DNA from: the human T2T-CHM13v2.0 reference genome, Homo sapiens
DNA: 64,000 nt
Direction: 5' to 3' (one strand)
Assembly: GCF_009914755.1 (NCBI RefSeq)
Contig: NC_060938.1
In this document: one piece after another, positions 43,286 through 55,321 of the stretch
Layout: every line of letters starts with the position of its first letter
Numbering within the stretch: the first letter of the stretch is position 1
Notes under the pieces: model-generated
Told to the model about the DNA's origin: nothing
The model's input: the letters and a program-made list of their open reading frames with translations, nothing else
Database searches by the model: none
Made by a program: the position numbers and the translations under genes

Positions 43286-44409
43286 GATGTTTCTGAACAG
43301 TAGGACTTCCTAAGAAGCAGTAAGAAGTAGAAAAATTCTGATAAGTGGATTTACATCAATTTATAAGATCAAGGAAATACGTATACCATATACATTTCTT
43401 CAAAGGAGAGACTCGACTGTGATTAACAATTTAGATCAGTTTACTTCTCAAAGAAAGTAAAAAGACTTGTTTCCTTAACTACAGAAGGAAAAGGGGAATA
43501 TGGGCACTTGCCAAAGAGCCCAGGCAAGTGTAAAATGAAGTGGAGAAGAGTAAATGTTTCTTTAGTTTATATCCTGATAGAAGCATATAAAATATAATAA
43601 TATGTTCAGACTATAATTATAGAAATTCTGACTGATATCACAATTTTACCCCTTGCCATTCGTTACTCCCTAAAAATAAATAACAATCTGAAACAGCTAC
43701 AAAATATTGGCAAAACATAGTTATGTCTTGTTTTGGCATGAATTATTTAGATGATTTCTGCAATGCTTTACTTAATTTAGCTTGAAACTAAGAATGGTTT
43801 CAATCTTAGGCTAAACATTGGGGAATTACTTTTGCAGCCAAAGCTCACAGTCTTGTCTTGCATTCCAATAGCATTTCCCCTCCCAACTACCCACCCAAAT
43901 CTCATTAGTTCCCAAATCATATTTTAGTGATCCTATCAAGGATCACTGTATCCAAAATCCCTTCTGGAGAATTCACTGGAGAATGATTAGAATTTAATGA
44001 CAGAAAGGCTAGCATCTCTTTCCTCAGAGAATTTCCACACTGCAATCAAGCAAGAAGGCCAGGGATTTCCATTTTGTTAATGTGTTTGACTAGATACCCT
44101 GAATATCTTTCTATTGTAAAGCACCTAAAATTATGGATAAAACATTGAAAAACAAATATTACAAATGGACAGCTAAACTCTCAATAAAGTAAATAAAATA
44201 TTTATGTTTCAGATTGATGATGAGATGGAAAATTAGAGCGATAAATTTAGGAGGTGATGCTGCAGCTTTACTCTCAGGGAAGAAAGAAATTTTAGTAGCT
44301 TGGTTCCAATGTTCACATTAGAATAGAAGATGAAGTAGAGAGTGCTGATAGTGAATTGGAACTGAGTTTTTCAGGTAAAGCAGAAAGTGCTAGATCTGCA
44401 AAAGTGCTA

Positions 44410-44793
<384 letters not shown>

Positions 44794-44899
44794 CAATAAT
44801 ATTGTGATGTGTATATATATATATATATATATACATGTAAGCTTGTTTATTGTGACTCGGTCTCTGGGTAAAGAGTAAAAAACATCCTCCTTAGAATTT

Positions 44900-45339
44900 G
44901 TAATCAGATGATATTGAGGTTCTATATCACATGCTCTGTGTCCATCTTCAATTCCTGCTACAGCTGTAGTAGAGACTTTCTATGCCTTTAGTGGAGTCCT
45001 CAACTCATGTAACTGTCCCACCCCCCAGCTTTTCTCTAAAGCCCATAACACATCTTGGACAATCCTCAATCAATGGAGGATGGGAGTTAGGAAAAACATT
45101 TCTCAACTCCTTTCCAAAGGAAGATTCTGAGGGATACTTCATATTGTTTCTGAGAACACCCCAGAAAGATTGAGCCCCATCTCCCTCCAGCGATGATGAC
45201 AGCTCAGTAGCATACTCTTTATTGGTATCATGTTCTTCCCTGCCTCATTCTGAATTACTGAGACCCCCCTCCCAAATATGCCACCTATACATAAGTCATT
45301 GTATCAAGCAATGCTTTCAGGAAAATACAAATTAAGACA
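44900..45339 (+). mobile_element. LTR16-type ERVL LTR (16C-like)
   Basis: caatcaatggaggatgggagtt...gattgagcccca...ctcccaaat...aaattaagaca. Confidence 0.65.
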
Positions 45340-45621
45340 ATGCATTTCATGTCATGTGAATCTGGGCTTCATTTTTTTTTCAATTGTCTATAAGATGTGG
45401 GCATCCTCAAGCTAAAATATTGGTGTCAAATTATACTTAGATCAGTGGATCCCCTCATGCATCTGACAGAAACAAATGCAAGACACTCTGATGGTAAACA
45501 CTCTAAAACCAAACCATCTAGTGTCATTCCAAATAAAACTCTTCCAAAATGAGTTCAAAATACAAAATGGCAAACCAGGAGAAGAAATAATCCATTCAAA
45601 GCAGTATCTAGCACTAAAGAT

Positions 45622-46138
45622 TGTGTTATTTAACTGTTGCTTAGTGGCTTAAACAACACTAATCATATTATCTCTCAGTTTTTAAGGGTCACACACTCAG
45701 TGCAGATGGGTGATTTCTTTCCACTTCCACATTATTTGACGTATCAGCTGGAAGACTTGAGGGCTGACTGGTTTGAATTATCTAAAGAATTGATTGGGGA
45801 TGAAGAAGCTGCTTCTAATGTTATTTCACATGGCTGGAGAATCGGTGCTTACTGTTGGCAGTCAGCCTGAGTTTTTTCTCCATATGATCTTCTCTACATG
45901 GCTACTTGAGTGTCCTCAGAACACGGTAGCTAACTCCTCCCAAAATGAGAAAAATGGAAGACCAGAGAGGAGGCTGTAAACTTTTTAATGACCTAATTCT
46001 TACATCACACACTTTCACTTCAACAATATTCTATCTGTCATATATGTAAGTCCTATTAATTGTGGGATGGAATTAGATAGGAGTGTGAATACCAGGAGCC
46101 AATGTTTACTAGGAAAATATTGAATGTTGGTTACTACA
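45622..46138 (-). mobile_element. MLT1F/G-like LTR
   Basis: cttagtggcttaaacaac...gtgtgaataccaggag...ggttactaca. Confidence 0.7.
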
Positions 46139-46143
46139 GAGAC

Positions 46144-47124
46144 TATGGTGGATTTGTATCATGCCAAATGAACTAAACTGGAATTGCATTCCCCAGAATT
46201 CCCCTCCAAGCACAGTTCTTTGGTATTAGTCCATTTTCACACTGACGATAAAGACATACCTGAGACTAGGCAATTTACAAAAGAAAGAAGTTTAACATGG
46301 ACCTACAGTTCCATGTGGCTGGGGAAGCCTCACAATCACGGCAGAAGGAGCAAGTCATGTCTTACATGGATGGCTGCAGGCAAAGAAAGAGAGCACTTGT
46401 GCAGGGAAACTCCCCCTTGTAATACCATCAGATCTCATGAGACCCACCCAACACCATGGGAAAGACCTGCCCCCGTGATCCAGTTACTTTCCACCAGGTC
46501 CCTCACGTAACACTCGGGAATTCAAGATAAGATTTGGGTGGGGACACAGCCAAACCATATCATCTTTGTTAGTGAGGGCCATGAGAGATATTTTGTATGA
46601 GAGTTGGAAGGATGAAATGAAACAGCATCTATATTCTTTTTATTTTCAGAAAGTCAGCACTGGGCACATGGCACTGTTGTAGCTCACACAGGTGTCATTT
46701 ATCTGTGGGATCACATTGTTGGAGTAGGGCAGTAGCTGGGCCCTCAGAAATGCCACAGCTGCCAGACACCCACTTTCAATCACTCTGACTTTCAGTGAGG
46801 TATGGTTTAGCTCATAGCAGCTCCTCCTGCAGATTACCCCAACTTTAAAGTTGGACACATGGAAGCAGGGTTGCAACTCTGTCCTGATAGATTCGGGTTT
46901 ATTCTTGCAGGTACCAGTTTGTCTCGCTTCCCTCATTTTACGTCCATTTTATCTTTCAGACTGTGTGCGCTGATGACTTTAGGCTCAGCACTAGACACAG
47001 AAACAATAGTTTCACAAAGACTTTTCAACAGTTTCCACAAATATATAAGGCAAATCCCTATTACAAATCCCTTATTATACACAAATCTGGTGGTACTGCT
47101 TCTCAGATCAGACTCTGACATAGA
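46144..47124 (+). mobile_element. ERVL LTR (LTR41-like), interrupted by THE1B
   Basis: ctggaattgcattccccagaattcccc, resuming gttagtgagggccatgagaga after the THE1. Confidence 0.6.
46222..46562 (-). mobile_element. THE1B solo LTR
   Basis: gtattagtccattttcacactg...ccaaaccatatca; 5-bp TSD tcttt at 46217-46221 and 46563-46567. Confidence 0.92.
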
Positions 47125-47391
47125 GACTATAAAATAAGTAGCTTTAAATTGAATGAAGCAGGAAAGAGGAAATCAATTACTATAAGAGATAAGGTGACAT
47201 AAAAAGCAGATATATTTGAAAAGAGGCCAAATAGAAGTTATAAAATGAAAAATATATTAAATAAGAAAAACCTTCTAATATATAGATTTATATATATATA
47301 ATATATATAAATCCTGAACAGGATATGGGTGGCTTTGACAAAATTCCACATAAACAGTAGTTCAGATAAGATAGATGTTTATTTCTCTTTC

Positions 47392-47689
47392 TTTTTTTTT
47401 TTTTTTTTTTGAGACAGAGTCTCGCTCGTCGCCCAGGCTGGAGTGCAGTGATGCATCTTGGCTCACTGCAAGCTCCGCCTTCCGGGTTCACGCCATTCTC
47501 CTGCCTCAGCCTCCGGAGTAGCTGGGACTACAGGTGCCCGACACCACGCCCAGCTAATTTTTTGTACTTTTGTTAGAGACGGGGTTTCACCGTGTTAGCC
47601 AGGATGGTCTCGACCTCCTGACCTCATGATCCGCCTGCCTCTGCCTCCCAAAGTGCTGGGATTACAGGCGTGAGCCACCACGCCCGGCC
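47392..47689 (-). mobile_element. AluY
   Basis: Y diagnostics caagctccgcc and cacgccattctc; 12-bp TSD tatttctctttc. Confidence 0.96.
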
Positions 47690-47842
47690 TATTTCTCTTT
47701 CATAAATTGTAAGCATTTCAGGACTTCGATGATAGATAAGACATTTCCACATTGTCAACAAACCAGATCCTTTATTGTAACTTCCTCAATTAGCTTTTTA
47801 ATCAGAGTCCAGCTTGGATGCTCCACATCTGCCATGTCTGCA

Positions 47843-47952
47843 CCCCCACAGTGAAGGTGTTACTAGGTTGGTGCAAAAGTAATCACGGTTTTTGCCACTG
47901 AGAGTAATGGCAAAAACAGTGATTACTTTTGCACCAACCTAATAGTTTAGGC
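47843..47952 (-). ncRNA. MIR548Y: microRNA precursor hsa-mir-548y (MADE1-derived); mature 5p at 47909-47930
   Basis: Minus strand reads GCCUAAACUAUUAGGUUGGUGC-AAAAGUAAUCACUGUUUUUGCC-AUUACUCUCAGUGGC...GUGGGGG. This matches the mir-548y precursor and mature sequence as I recall them; the hairpin itself is directly visible. Confidence 0.88.
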
Positions 47953-48296
47953 TGCTGTCACAAACTACTATAGGCTGGTGGCTTAAACAACAAACAGTTG
48001 TTTCTCATAGTGCTGGAGGCTAGGAAGTTCAAGATAAAGGTGCTGGCAGATTATGTGTCTGTTGAGGCTCACTTCTTGGTTTATAGACTACCAAGATCTT
48101 ATTTTCATATGAAGGGAAGAGAGCTAGCTACTCTATGGCCTCTTCTCATAAGAGCACTAATCCCATCCATGAGAGCACTAACAGTATTACTTCATCGACT
48201 CTGAAAGGTACCACCTCCAAACACTATCACATTGAGATGAGGGATTACGGTTTCAACATATGAATTTAGGGGGCCACAAACATACATTCCATTGTA
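47858..48296 (-). mobile_element. MLT1A0 LTR with MADE1 inserted at its 3' terminus
   Basis: tgt|TA-MADE1-TA|gtttaggctgctg...gcactaatcccatccatgag...ttcaacatatgaattt. Confidence 0.85.
47863..47942. mobile_element. MADE1 (Hsmar1 MITE), intact 80 bp
   Basis: Two 37-bp TIRs (34/37 complementary), 6-bp spacer gagagt, TA TSDs at 47861-47862 and 47943-47944. Confidence 0.97.
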
Positions 48297-48749
48297 GTGG
48301 GAAAGAAGAATGGGAAGACCTACTCTTTTCCTTTTAAAACTGTGATCCAAATGTTGTACATCAATTTCACGTATATACCATTTAACTGACCCAAAGTAGC
48401 TGCAAAAAGTGCTGAAAAATGTTATATTTAGGTAAATGGACACATATTCAGCTAAAAATAGCATTACTACACGAAATATATGGATATTGAGAAAGCAAAT
48501 AATAGACTCCGACACGATGATTAAAAAGCAGATAATTCTCAACAGGCAATTAACAGAGAGAAAGAGCTGAGGATTTTACAGTTACTAAAAGCAAGTTTAA
48601 GAGATAAATAAGATAATAGATTAAAATGGGATAGATTCAATGAAAGAATAAGAGGGAATGAGATGGTAATGATGATTTTTTCAAAATCAATAGCATGAAC
48701 CTAATATTTGAGAAGCACACTGGATCTGCTGCAAAATAAGATGAAATTA

Positions 48750-48773
48750 CACACACACGCACAGACACACACA

Positions 48774-48817
<44 letters not shown>
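48750..48817. repeat. (CA)n microsatellite, interrupted
   Basis: Direct reading. Confidence 0.95.
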
Positions 48818-48819
<2 letters not shown>

Positions 48820-49449
48820 GCTAAAACCAAAACCAAACACCCAAGACATAAAGATCTTCAGAATCAACATAAATAACTTATGAGGAAAACTACTAGCTTC
48901 TTTATAAAATCTACATTTCAATGCACTGCTGTGGTTGCAGGGAAATAAGTAAATCTCCAAGCACCCCTTAAATAAACAACCTAATAAACATGCAAAAAAT
49001 GACCTGAATCCTGAGATAGAATCAAAGAACAGTGCGCTACCTGCAAGACACAAATGGGAAAGTTGGAGCTAGCCTGAGACAAGTGTTGAAATTAGCATTG
49101 TGTTCCAGAGACTAAGCTTGAGGGAGCTGATCCTGGAAACCTGGCATTATGTCAGCAAGCCTGGTCCCAGGTCTTACTACATCAAACTCCTAGCAGAGAT
49201 AATTTCAAATTCTACCCTGGAGAAAAAGTTGACCCTAGGATACCTAAAGATTAAGATTAAAGAAATCAAGCCATGGTGAGTGAGACAGCAGAAACAACAA
49301 ATAGCAAACATCTAATTAAGACTCCCAATGGCTTCAGATATAGAAATTATCAGAAATTGAATGTAAAATGCTATATATGAAATGTTTAAATAAATAATAG
49401 GTGAAATTACAAAATCAGTAAACACGAAAATGTCAAGAATGAACAGACA

Positions 49450-50880
49450 CAGAATTTTACTTCTGGCCATGCTGATTAACAGAGACAGGAGCTTTCCTAA
49501 CATTATAAATATCTGGAAAACTTGGAAAATGTATGAGTCAAATTCTTTCAGATATAGGAGATTAGGCAATTTAGGATTATGGTCCAAGGGAAGTGGAAAC
49601 AAAGTGAGCTCTATTAACTGCCTGGAACTACTTTCCAACCTGTGGTGCAGAGGGGGTCACTAGCATGATCTCACTGAGTTGAGTAAACAGAGATCAGAGT
49701 TAGGGAAGACTGACTTACCTGGAATATTGAATGTGTAGGACACATTACCAGTGAGAAGGAAAGTAGGTGAAGGAGGAGCTCCAGGAATATGCACAGGGGT
49801 CTCCTTGAGAATGTTCTAGGTACTAAGTTGTACATGCATGGGAAAAGTCAAAGGGCTGGGAGCTTTAAGCTGAAGGACTCCCAGAGCTCAGGTAGGGCGG
49901 GGAAATGTTTACTTCTGAACCAACCAGAATAGATTGAACATCTACAACATTCAGTGGAAACATGAGAAGGTTCAGGCCTTAGTATAAGTGCTAAAGTAGT
50001 CCCGAGGTAAAGAATTCTCTAAGTCCAGCCTAAAAAGCTTAAAAGCAAACCTCTAAAGAATCACACTGATCCACAATTACATACTTACTTAGCCAAATGA
50101 AATTGACATTTGTAAAAGGATGGCAACAAAATCCAAACACTCAACAATATAGCTCTCATAGTTTGGGGCCAAATTTAAAATTACTGTATATGAGAAGAAG
50201 CAGGAAAATGTGAGCCATGACCATGAGAAGAATCAGTGAAGAGAAACAGAAACTGAAAGAATTGGTGGATTTATATGAGTAGGGCTTCACAAAAGCTGTT
50301 TTAAATGTGTTCAAAAATTTTAAAAGAAACATGAATAAAAATAGATATGGAAGGTATAAAAATGAAGCAAATGCAAAATTTAGAATTAAGAAGTAAAATA
50401 CATAAAATAAAAAAGTCCTGATTTTTAATAGTAGCCAGACACTGAAGAAGAAAATGTCAATGAACTCACACATATGATATGAAACTATCCAAACTGAAAC
50501 ACAAAGAAAAATAATAAAAAGCCACTGAACAGTCTCAGTGATGTGTGAAGCAATTTCAAGTGGCACAGACATTACGTGATTGATGATATAAAAACGAAGA
50601 TGTAAAAATATTTGCAAAAATAATTACCACAAATTTGTCCCATTTTGAATTAAACTATAGACAACTAAGTTTTCAAAACTTAACACACCTTTGCCCTCAT
50701 ATAAAGAAAAAGATAATCACAGTGAGGCACATTATAACCAAATTGTTGAAAAAATCAGTGATAAAAGAGAACACCTTAAAAATAGCTAAAGAAAAATTAC
50801 ACATTACTTACTCAGGAACCAAAATAAGAATATTGGCACATTTCTCATCTGAAATATTACAATCCAGAAAACAATGAAAG
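49450..50880 (+). mobile_element. Old L1 (L1MC/MD-type) 5' UTR and ORF1 remnant
   Basis: Starts ttacttctggccatg; ORF 50635-50877 gives degenerate ORF1p (RHIITKLLK...KIRILAHFSSE). Confidence 0.7.
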
Positions 50881-51023
50881 TATATGGTTTATATTTATGT
50901 GGGTAAATGCATTGTTTCTCCTCATTTAAAAATATTTAGAAATTGTTAAAAGCAAACAGATTATAACAAGTGGAAATAAAGGGAATGTCAACAATAACAA
51001 TTGTAACAATAAAAGGATGAGGA

Positions 51024-51271
51024 GGCCGGGCGCGGTGGCTCACGCCTGTAATCCCAGCACTTTGGGAGGCCCAGGCGGGTGGATCACGAGGTCAGGAGAT
51101 CAAGACCATCCTGGCTAGCATGGTGAAACCCCATCTCTACTAAAAATACAAAAAACTAGCTGGGCGTGGTGGTGGGCGCCTGTAGTTCCAGATACCCGGG
51201 AGTCTGAGGCAGGAGAATGGCATGAACCCGGGAGGTGGAGCTGGCAGGAAAAAAAAAAAAAAAAAAAAAAA
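51024..51271 (+). mobile_element. AluY lacking the last ~60 nt but with poly-A and TSD
   Basis: Y diagnostics; ...ggagctggcagg then poly-A; TSD aaaaggatgag. Confidence 0.93.
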
Positions 51272-51396
51272 AGGATGAGAGGTAGGAAGTAGAAGCATAA
51301 AATTGTAAGATTCTTATGTTGTAAGTAAATATGTGATATTAGTGTGCTATTATTCAAATACATAATATGGTAAGTTTGTAAACATGAGAAGAACTA

Positions 51397-51891
51397 CAAT
51401 TCACCCTTGAACAACTTGACCCCCATGCAGTCGAAAAATCCACGTATAACTTTTGACTCCCAAAAAACTTAACTGCTATTAGCCTTCTTTAGACCAGAAG
51501 CCTTATCAAAAACATAAACAATTGACGCATATTTTGTATGTTACATGTATTATATTCTGTGTTATTAACATAAATTAAGCTAAAGAAAAGAATATGTTAT
51601 TAGGAAAATCCTAAGGAAGAGCAAATACGTTTACAATTTATTAAGCAGAAGTGGTCCATCATAAAAGCCTTCATCCTTACCTTATCAGCTTCACCTTGAG
51701 TAGGCTGAGGAGGAGGAGGAGGAAGGGAGGGGTTGTTCTTGCTGTTTTGGGGTGGCAGAGGTGGAACAGTTGGAGGAGGTAGAAGGAGAAGAAGGAGAGA
51801 GGCTGATGCACTCAGTGTAACTTTTATTGAAAAATATCCATAGACAATTGGACATGCACAATTCAAACTTGTGTTGTTCAATGGTCAACTG
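51397..51891 (-). mobile_element. Tigger2a (MER28)
   Basis: TIRs caattcacccttgaacaac ... gttgttcaatggtcaactg. Confidence 0.9.
51823..51828 (-). terminator. Candidate polyadenylation signal AATAAA inside Tigger2a
   Basis: tttatt on the plus strand; position fits the inferred LINC00648 3' end. Confidence 0.5.
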
Positions 51892-52723
51892 TGCTACAAA
51901 ATCAAAAAGTGGGGCATAGTTACTAAGCCAATAGTAGAAATAAAAAAAATTACTTAAAACCACAATATCAGTTCAAAACAAGGCAGGAAAAGTGAAAAAA
52001 TCCTAAGTAAACAGTAATATATAACATGTTAATAGATTGAAAAATTCAATATTGTTAAGATAATTTTCTTGCATTAAGCTGCAGAACAAGCAAAATACCA
52101 ATTAAAATCTCAGCAGGACTTTTGTAGAAATTGGCAAGCTGATTATAAAATTTCCATGTAATACAAACAATTTTAAATAGCAAGAGTGATTTTAAAAATT
52201 AAGGGCAACGTTGAAGAACTTACACTACTAGATTTCAAGACTTATCATACACTGCAGTAATAGATGGAGTGGGGTATTGGCATAAGGACACATATTTAGA
52301 TTAAAAGAATAACATAATCTGGAAATGTTTACAAGCATATATAGTCAGTTGTTTTTTTTAATCAAATTTGCCAGTGTAATTTAATAGGAAAAGAATGGTG
52401 CTGGAACAATAGAATATCAACGTACAACCACTGACAGCGATTATAACCGTAAAATTTAGGTGTTTTGTGGTTGAGGGCATGATGGGACATCTACAAAATA
52501 AAGGACAAAATATTTCTTACTGCACTGCAATAAGATGGAAGTACAACATTTGGTAGTCCTTTTTGGATACAGGAGGCAGCATAGTTCACATCTGAGGATG
52601 CTGTACCAGACCATGTATTAGGTAATACAAATGTTTGCATTCATTAGTGCACACTAACTATGGTAGAAGTGCTGAAGCACTAAAAAACTTAGTTGGCAAT
52701 GATTTGTCCAGTTGATAGCAACC

Positions 52724-53271
52724 CATGTTTGTCGGGGTTCTCTAGATGGACAGAACTAATAGGATAGTGTCTATATGAAGGGGAATTTATTAGGAGAAAT
52801 GACTCACAGGATCACAAGGTGAAGTCCCACCATTGGTTGTCTTCAAGCTGAGGAGCCAGGAAGCCAGTCCGAGTCCCAAAACCTCAAAAGTAGGGAAGCT
52901 GATAGTGCAGCCTTCAGTCTGTGGTGGAAGGCCCAAGAGCCCCTGGCAAATCACTGGTGTGAGTCCAAGAATCCAAAAGCTGAAGAACTTGGAGTCTGAT
53001 GTTCAAGGGCAGAAAGCATCCAGCATGGAAGAAAGATGGAGGCCAGAAGGCTTAGCCAGTCTGGTCTTTCCACGTGTTTCTGTCTGCTTTTATTCTGGCC
53101 ATGCTGGCAGCTGATTAGATTGTCCCCACCCGGATTGATTGTGGATCTGGCTTTCTCAGTCCACGGACTCAAATGTTAATCTCCTTTGGCAATACCCTCA
53201 CAGACACACCTAGGAACAATGCTTTGCATCCTTCAATCCAATCAAGTTGACACTCAATATTAACCATCACA
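52724..53271 (-). mobile_element. MLT2A2 solo LTR
   Basis: gggttctctagatggacagaactaatagg...attaaccatcaca; TSD caacc. Confidence 0.92.
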
Positions 53272-54163
53272 CAACCCAAGTGTGAGCATGAGGTGCATGT
53301 AGACATGGTAACCATGGTGATGTAAGGAAGACTATGCATAAATTCAGTAGCATGGGTTCCCTGTCTCCAACACAAATTTATCTCCTGTTACTGCATGATG
53401 TCCATACATACAAGACAATCACTGAGTCCCCCTAATAGCACCATTCTGCGTGGAGACCAATTAGCTGCTGGGTGGTGCGTAGTGGAACAATGGCATGTTA
53501 AGTTAAAGATTTCAGTGGGATGCCTAGCTCAGACATGAGACCATACAAAGATGGGATGTCACTTTTTAGGATGTGTATTCTAAATCAACAACCATAATAT
53601 GATTTTTTCCGAGTAGGTAAAATACATGAGTCTAAAATCAGGGACTTAAAATATAAATAACTTACTTAACATCATCACCAGTTTCTCATTTACAGAGTTT
53701 GTGCTTTCCAGACCCACAAGTTTGGACTGTATGATGGAGAAGTTCTGGTCGACAAAGGTAGAATACATCGACTCTGGGACACTGCAAAAATTTCAATGAA
53801 CTTAAGTTATGGCTTCTTCCAGTGTACTTCAGGGGACTTTTCCCAAGTGACTTGAAGAGAAGTCACTATCCTGATAGGGATAATTGATCTGAACTTCGGA
53901 AAAAGGTAGAGCTCTTGTAGAACGTAAAGCAGGAGGAATATTTTTAACAGTAACTAATCTTAATCCACTTTGGTGTCTTTTGATATTCTCTTGTACAACT
54001 TTGAGAATCAATGTAATAATACAGCAGCCAGGACCTGAGAAGGCATAGCGACTGTGACTATAGAACTGTCACAGATGAAGGTCTGAGTCTTCCAAAGTTA
54101 GGCCACCTGACCAGCAGAGGTGCTGTTTAAGGGCGAAGAGGGTGAAAATGCGTAACTAAGAAG

Positions 54164-54524
54164 TATCTTAGCTCAGGCCTCTGTAAAAAATACTGTGGGT
54201 GGGTTAGACAACAAAACTTTATTTCTCACAGTTCTGGAGGATGGAAAGATCAAGGTTGAGGTGCTGGCAGTCAGTTCCTAGTGAGGGCCCTCTTCCTGGT
54301 TATCAGATAGCTGCCTTCTTGCTGTGTCCTCCCATGGTGGGGAGAGAGTGAGAGCTTTGGTCTTTCACTTCTTATAAGGAGAGCAATTCCACCATGGGGC
54401 CCCCACCTCTATGATCTTATCTAAACTTAACTATGCCCCAAAGGCTCGTCCTCTAAATGCCATCACAGGGGAAGTTAGGGGTTCAACATATGAATTTTGA
54501 GGGATATGACATTCAGTTTACAAC
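54164..54524 (-). mobile_element. MLT1A LTR
   Basis: tttatttctcacagttctggagg...ttcaacatatgaattttg. Confidence 0.85.
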
Positions 54525-54703
54525 AAGGATGGTAATGTTGAATATCAGTTACAGCCCAAGATCTACTGCAGAGTTGGAAGCTGTGTGGTTTCTTCATTTA
54601 ATAAGTCTCCACTAGAGAAAGAAAAAAATACACACATACTAGAATCATGGAGAAGCTGCTCCCAACATATATGTACACATGGATTCGAGCAGCATGGATT
54701 AAC

Positions 54704-55321
54704 TGAAGTGGACACTGTGCTTCACTACCCATTTCCTAAGCTGCTTATTATATAAACTGTTGGAGTGCTGCTGCCTAATAGAACTGCCTTCCTGGAAGTC
54801 CTTCATCTTTTCATCTTTTACTGAAGCATCTCACATCCAATACTGGTGGATACAGGAGTAAAAAGTTCTGGTCCGGTTGCAATAAATCAGAGAAATGCTA
54901 AAAAGTTATCCCAGTTCCAGAACTCTAAAAGAAGCTTTTGTTGTGAATGAATCAAAATCCAACTTTTTTTTTTTTTTTGAGACGGAGTCTCATCTTGTAG
55001 CCCAGGCTGTAGTGCAGTGGCATGATCTCGGCTCACTGCGACCTTCGCCTCCGGGGTTCAAGTGATTCTCGTGCCTGAGCCTCCTGAGTAGTTGGGACTA
55101 CAGGTGTGCACCACCACACCCAGATAATTTTTGTATTTTTAGTAGAGACAGGGTTTCGCCATGTTGGCCAGGGTGGTCTCTATCAAAGTCAAACTTCTTT
55201 GTCTTTCAATTCTGCTTCCTTTCCTTTCCTTCCTGGTGTTAATTCCAAGAACACTACCCAATCAACCTACTGTGCTATGTTTTACCTATAGTCTGCTTCC
55301 CAGGGAGCATAACTTGCAACA
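54704..55321 (+). mobile_element. LTR16 (A/B-like), 3' LTR of the ERVL remnant, interrupted by an Alu
   Basis: tgaagtggacactgtg...agtctgcttcccagggagcataacttgcaaca. Confidence 0.7.
54966..55180 (-). mobile_element. AluS, 5'-truncated
   Basis: Right arm plus partial left arm; degenerate TSD atcaaaatccaactt/atcaaagtcaaactt. Confidence 0.92.

Larger units (their letters stand above)
47315..48515 (-). mobile_element. MLT1J-like LTR hosting AluY, MLT1A0 and MADE1
   Basis: agataagatagatgtttatttctct at left; tagctgcaaa...cagctaaaa...atggatattg at right. Confidence 0.65.
52440..54700 (+). mobile_element. ERVL internal remnant (HERV16/ERVL-E-like pol/integrase), interrupted by MLT2A2 and MLT1A
   Basis: taaaggacaaaat...tttttggatacaggaggcagcat resembles ERVL RT; followed by an LTR16. 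Confidence 0.7.

Noticed and set aside
50156-50617. Longest ORF (153 aa, hydrophobic)
   Set aside because: Antisense of an A-rich L1 ORF1 remnant; the F/L/I bias is compositional
52440-54700. Possible exapted ERVL pol or integrase
   Set aside because: Heavily degenerate, interrupted by two LTRs, no long ORF
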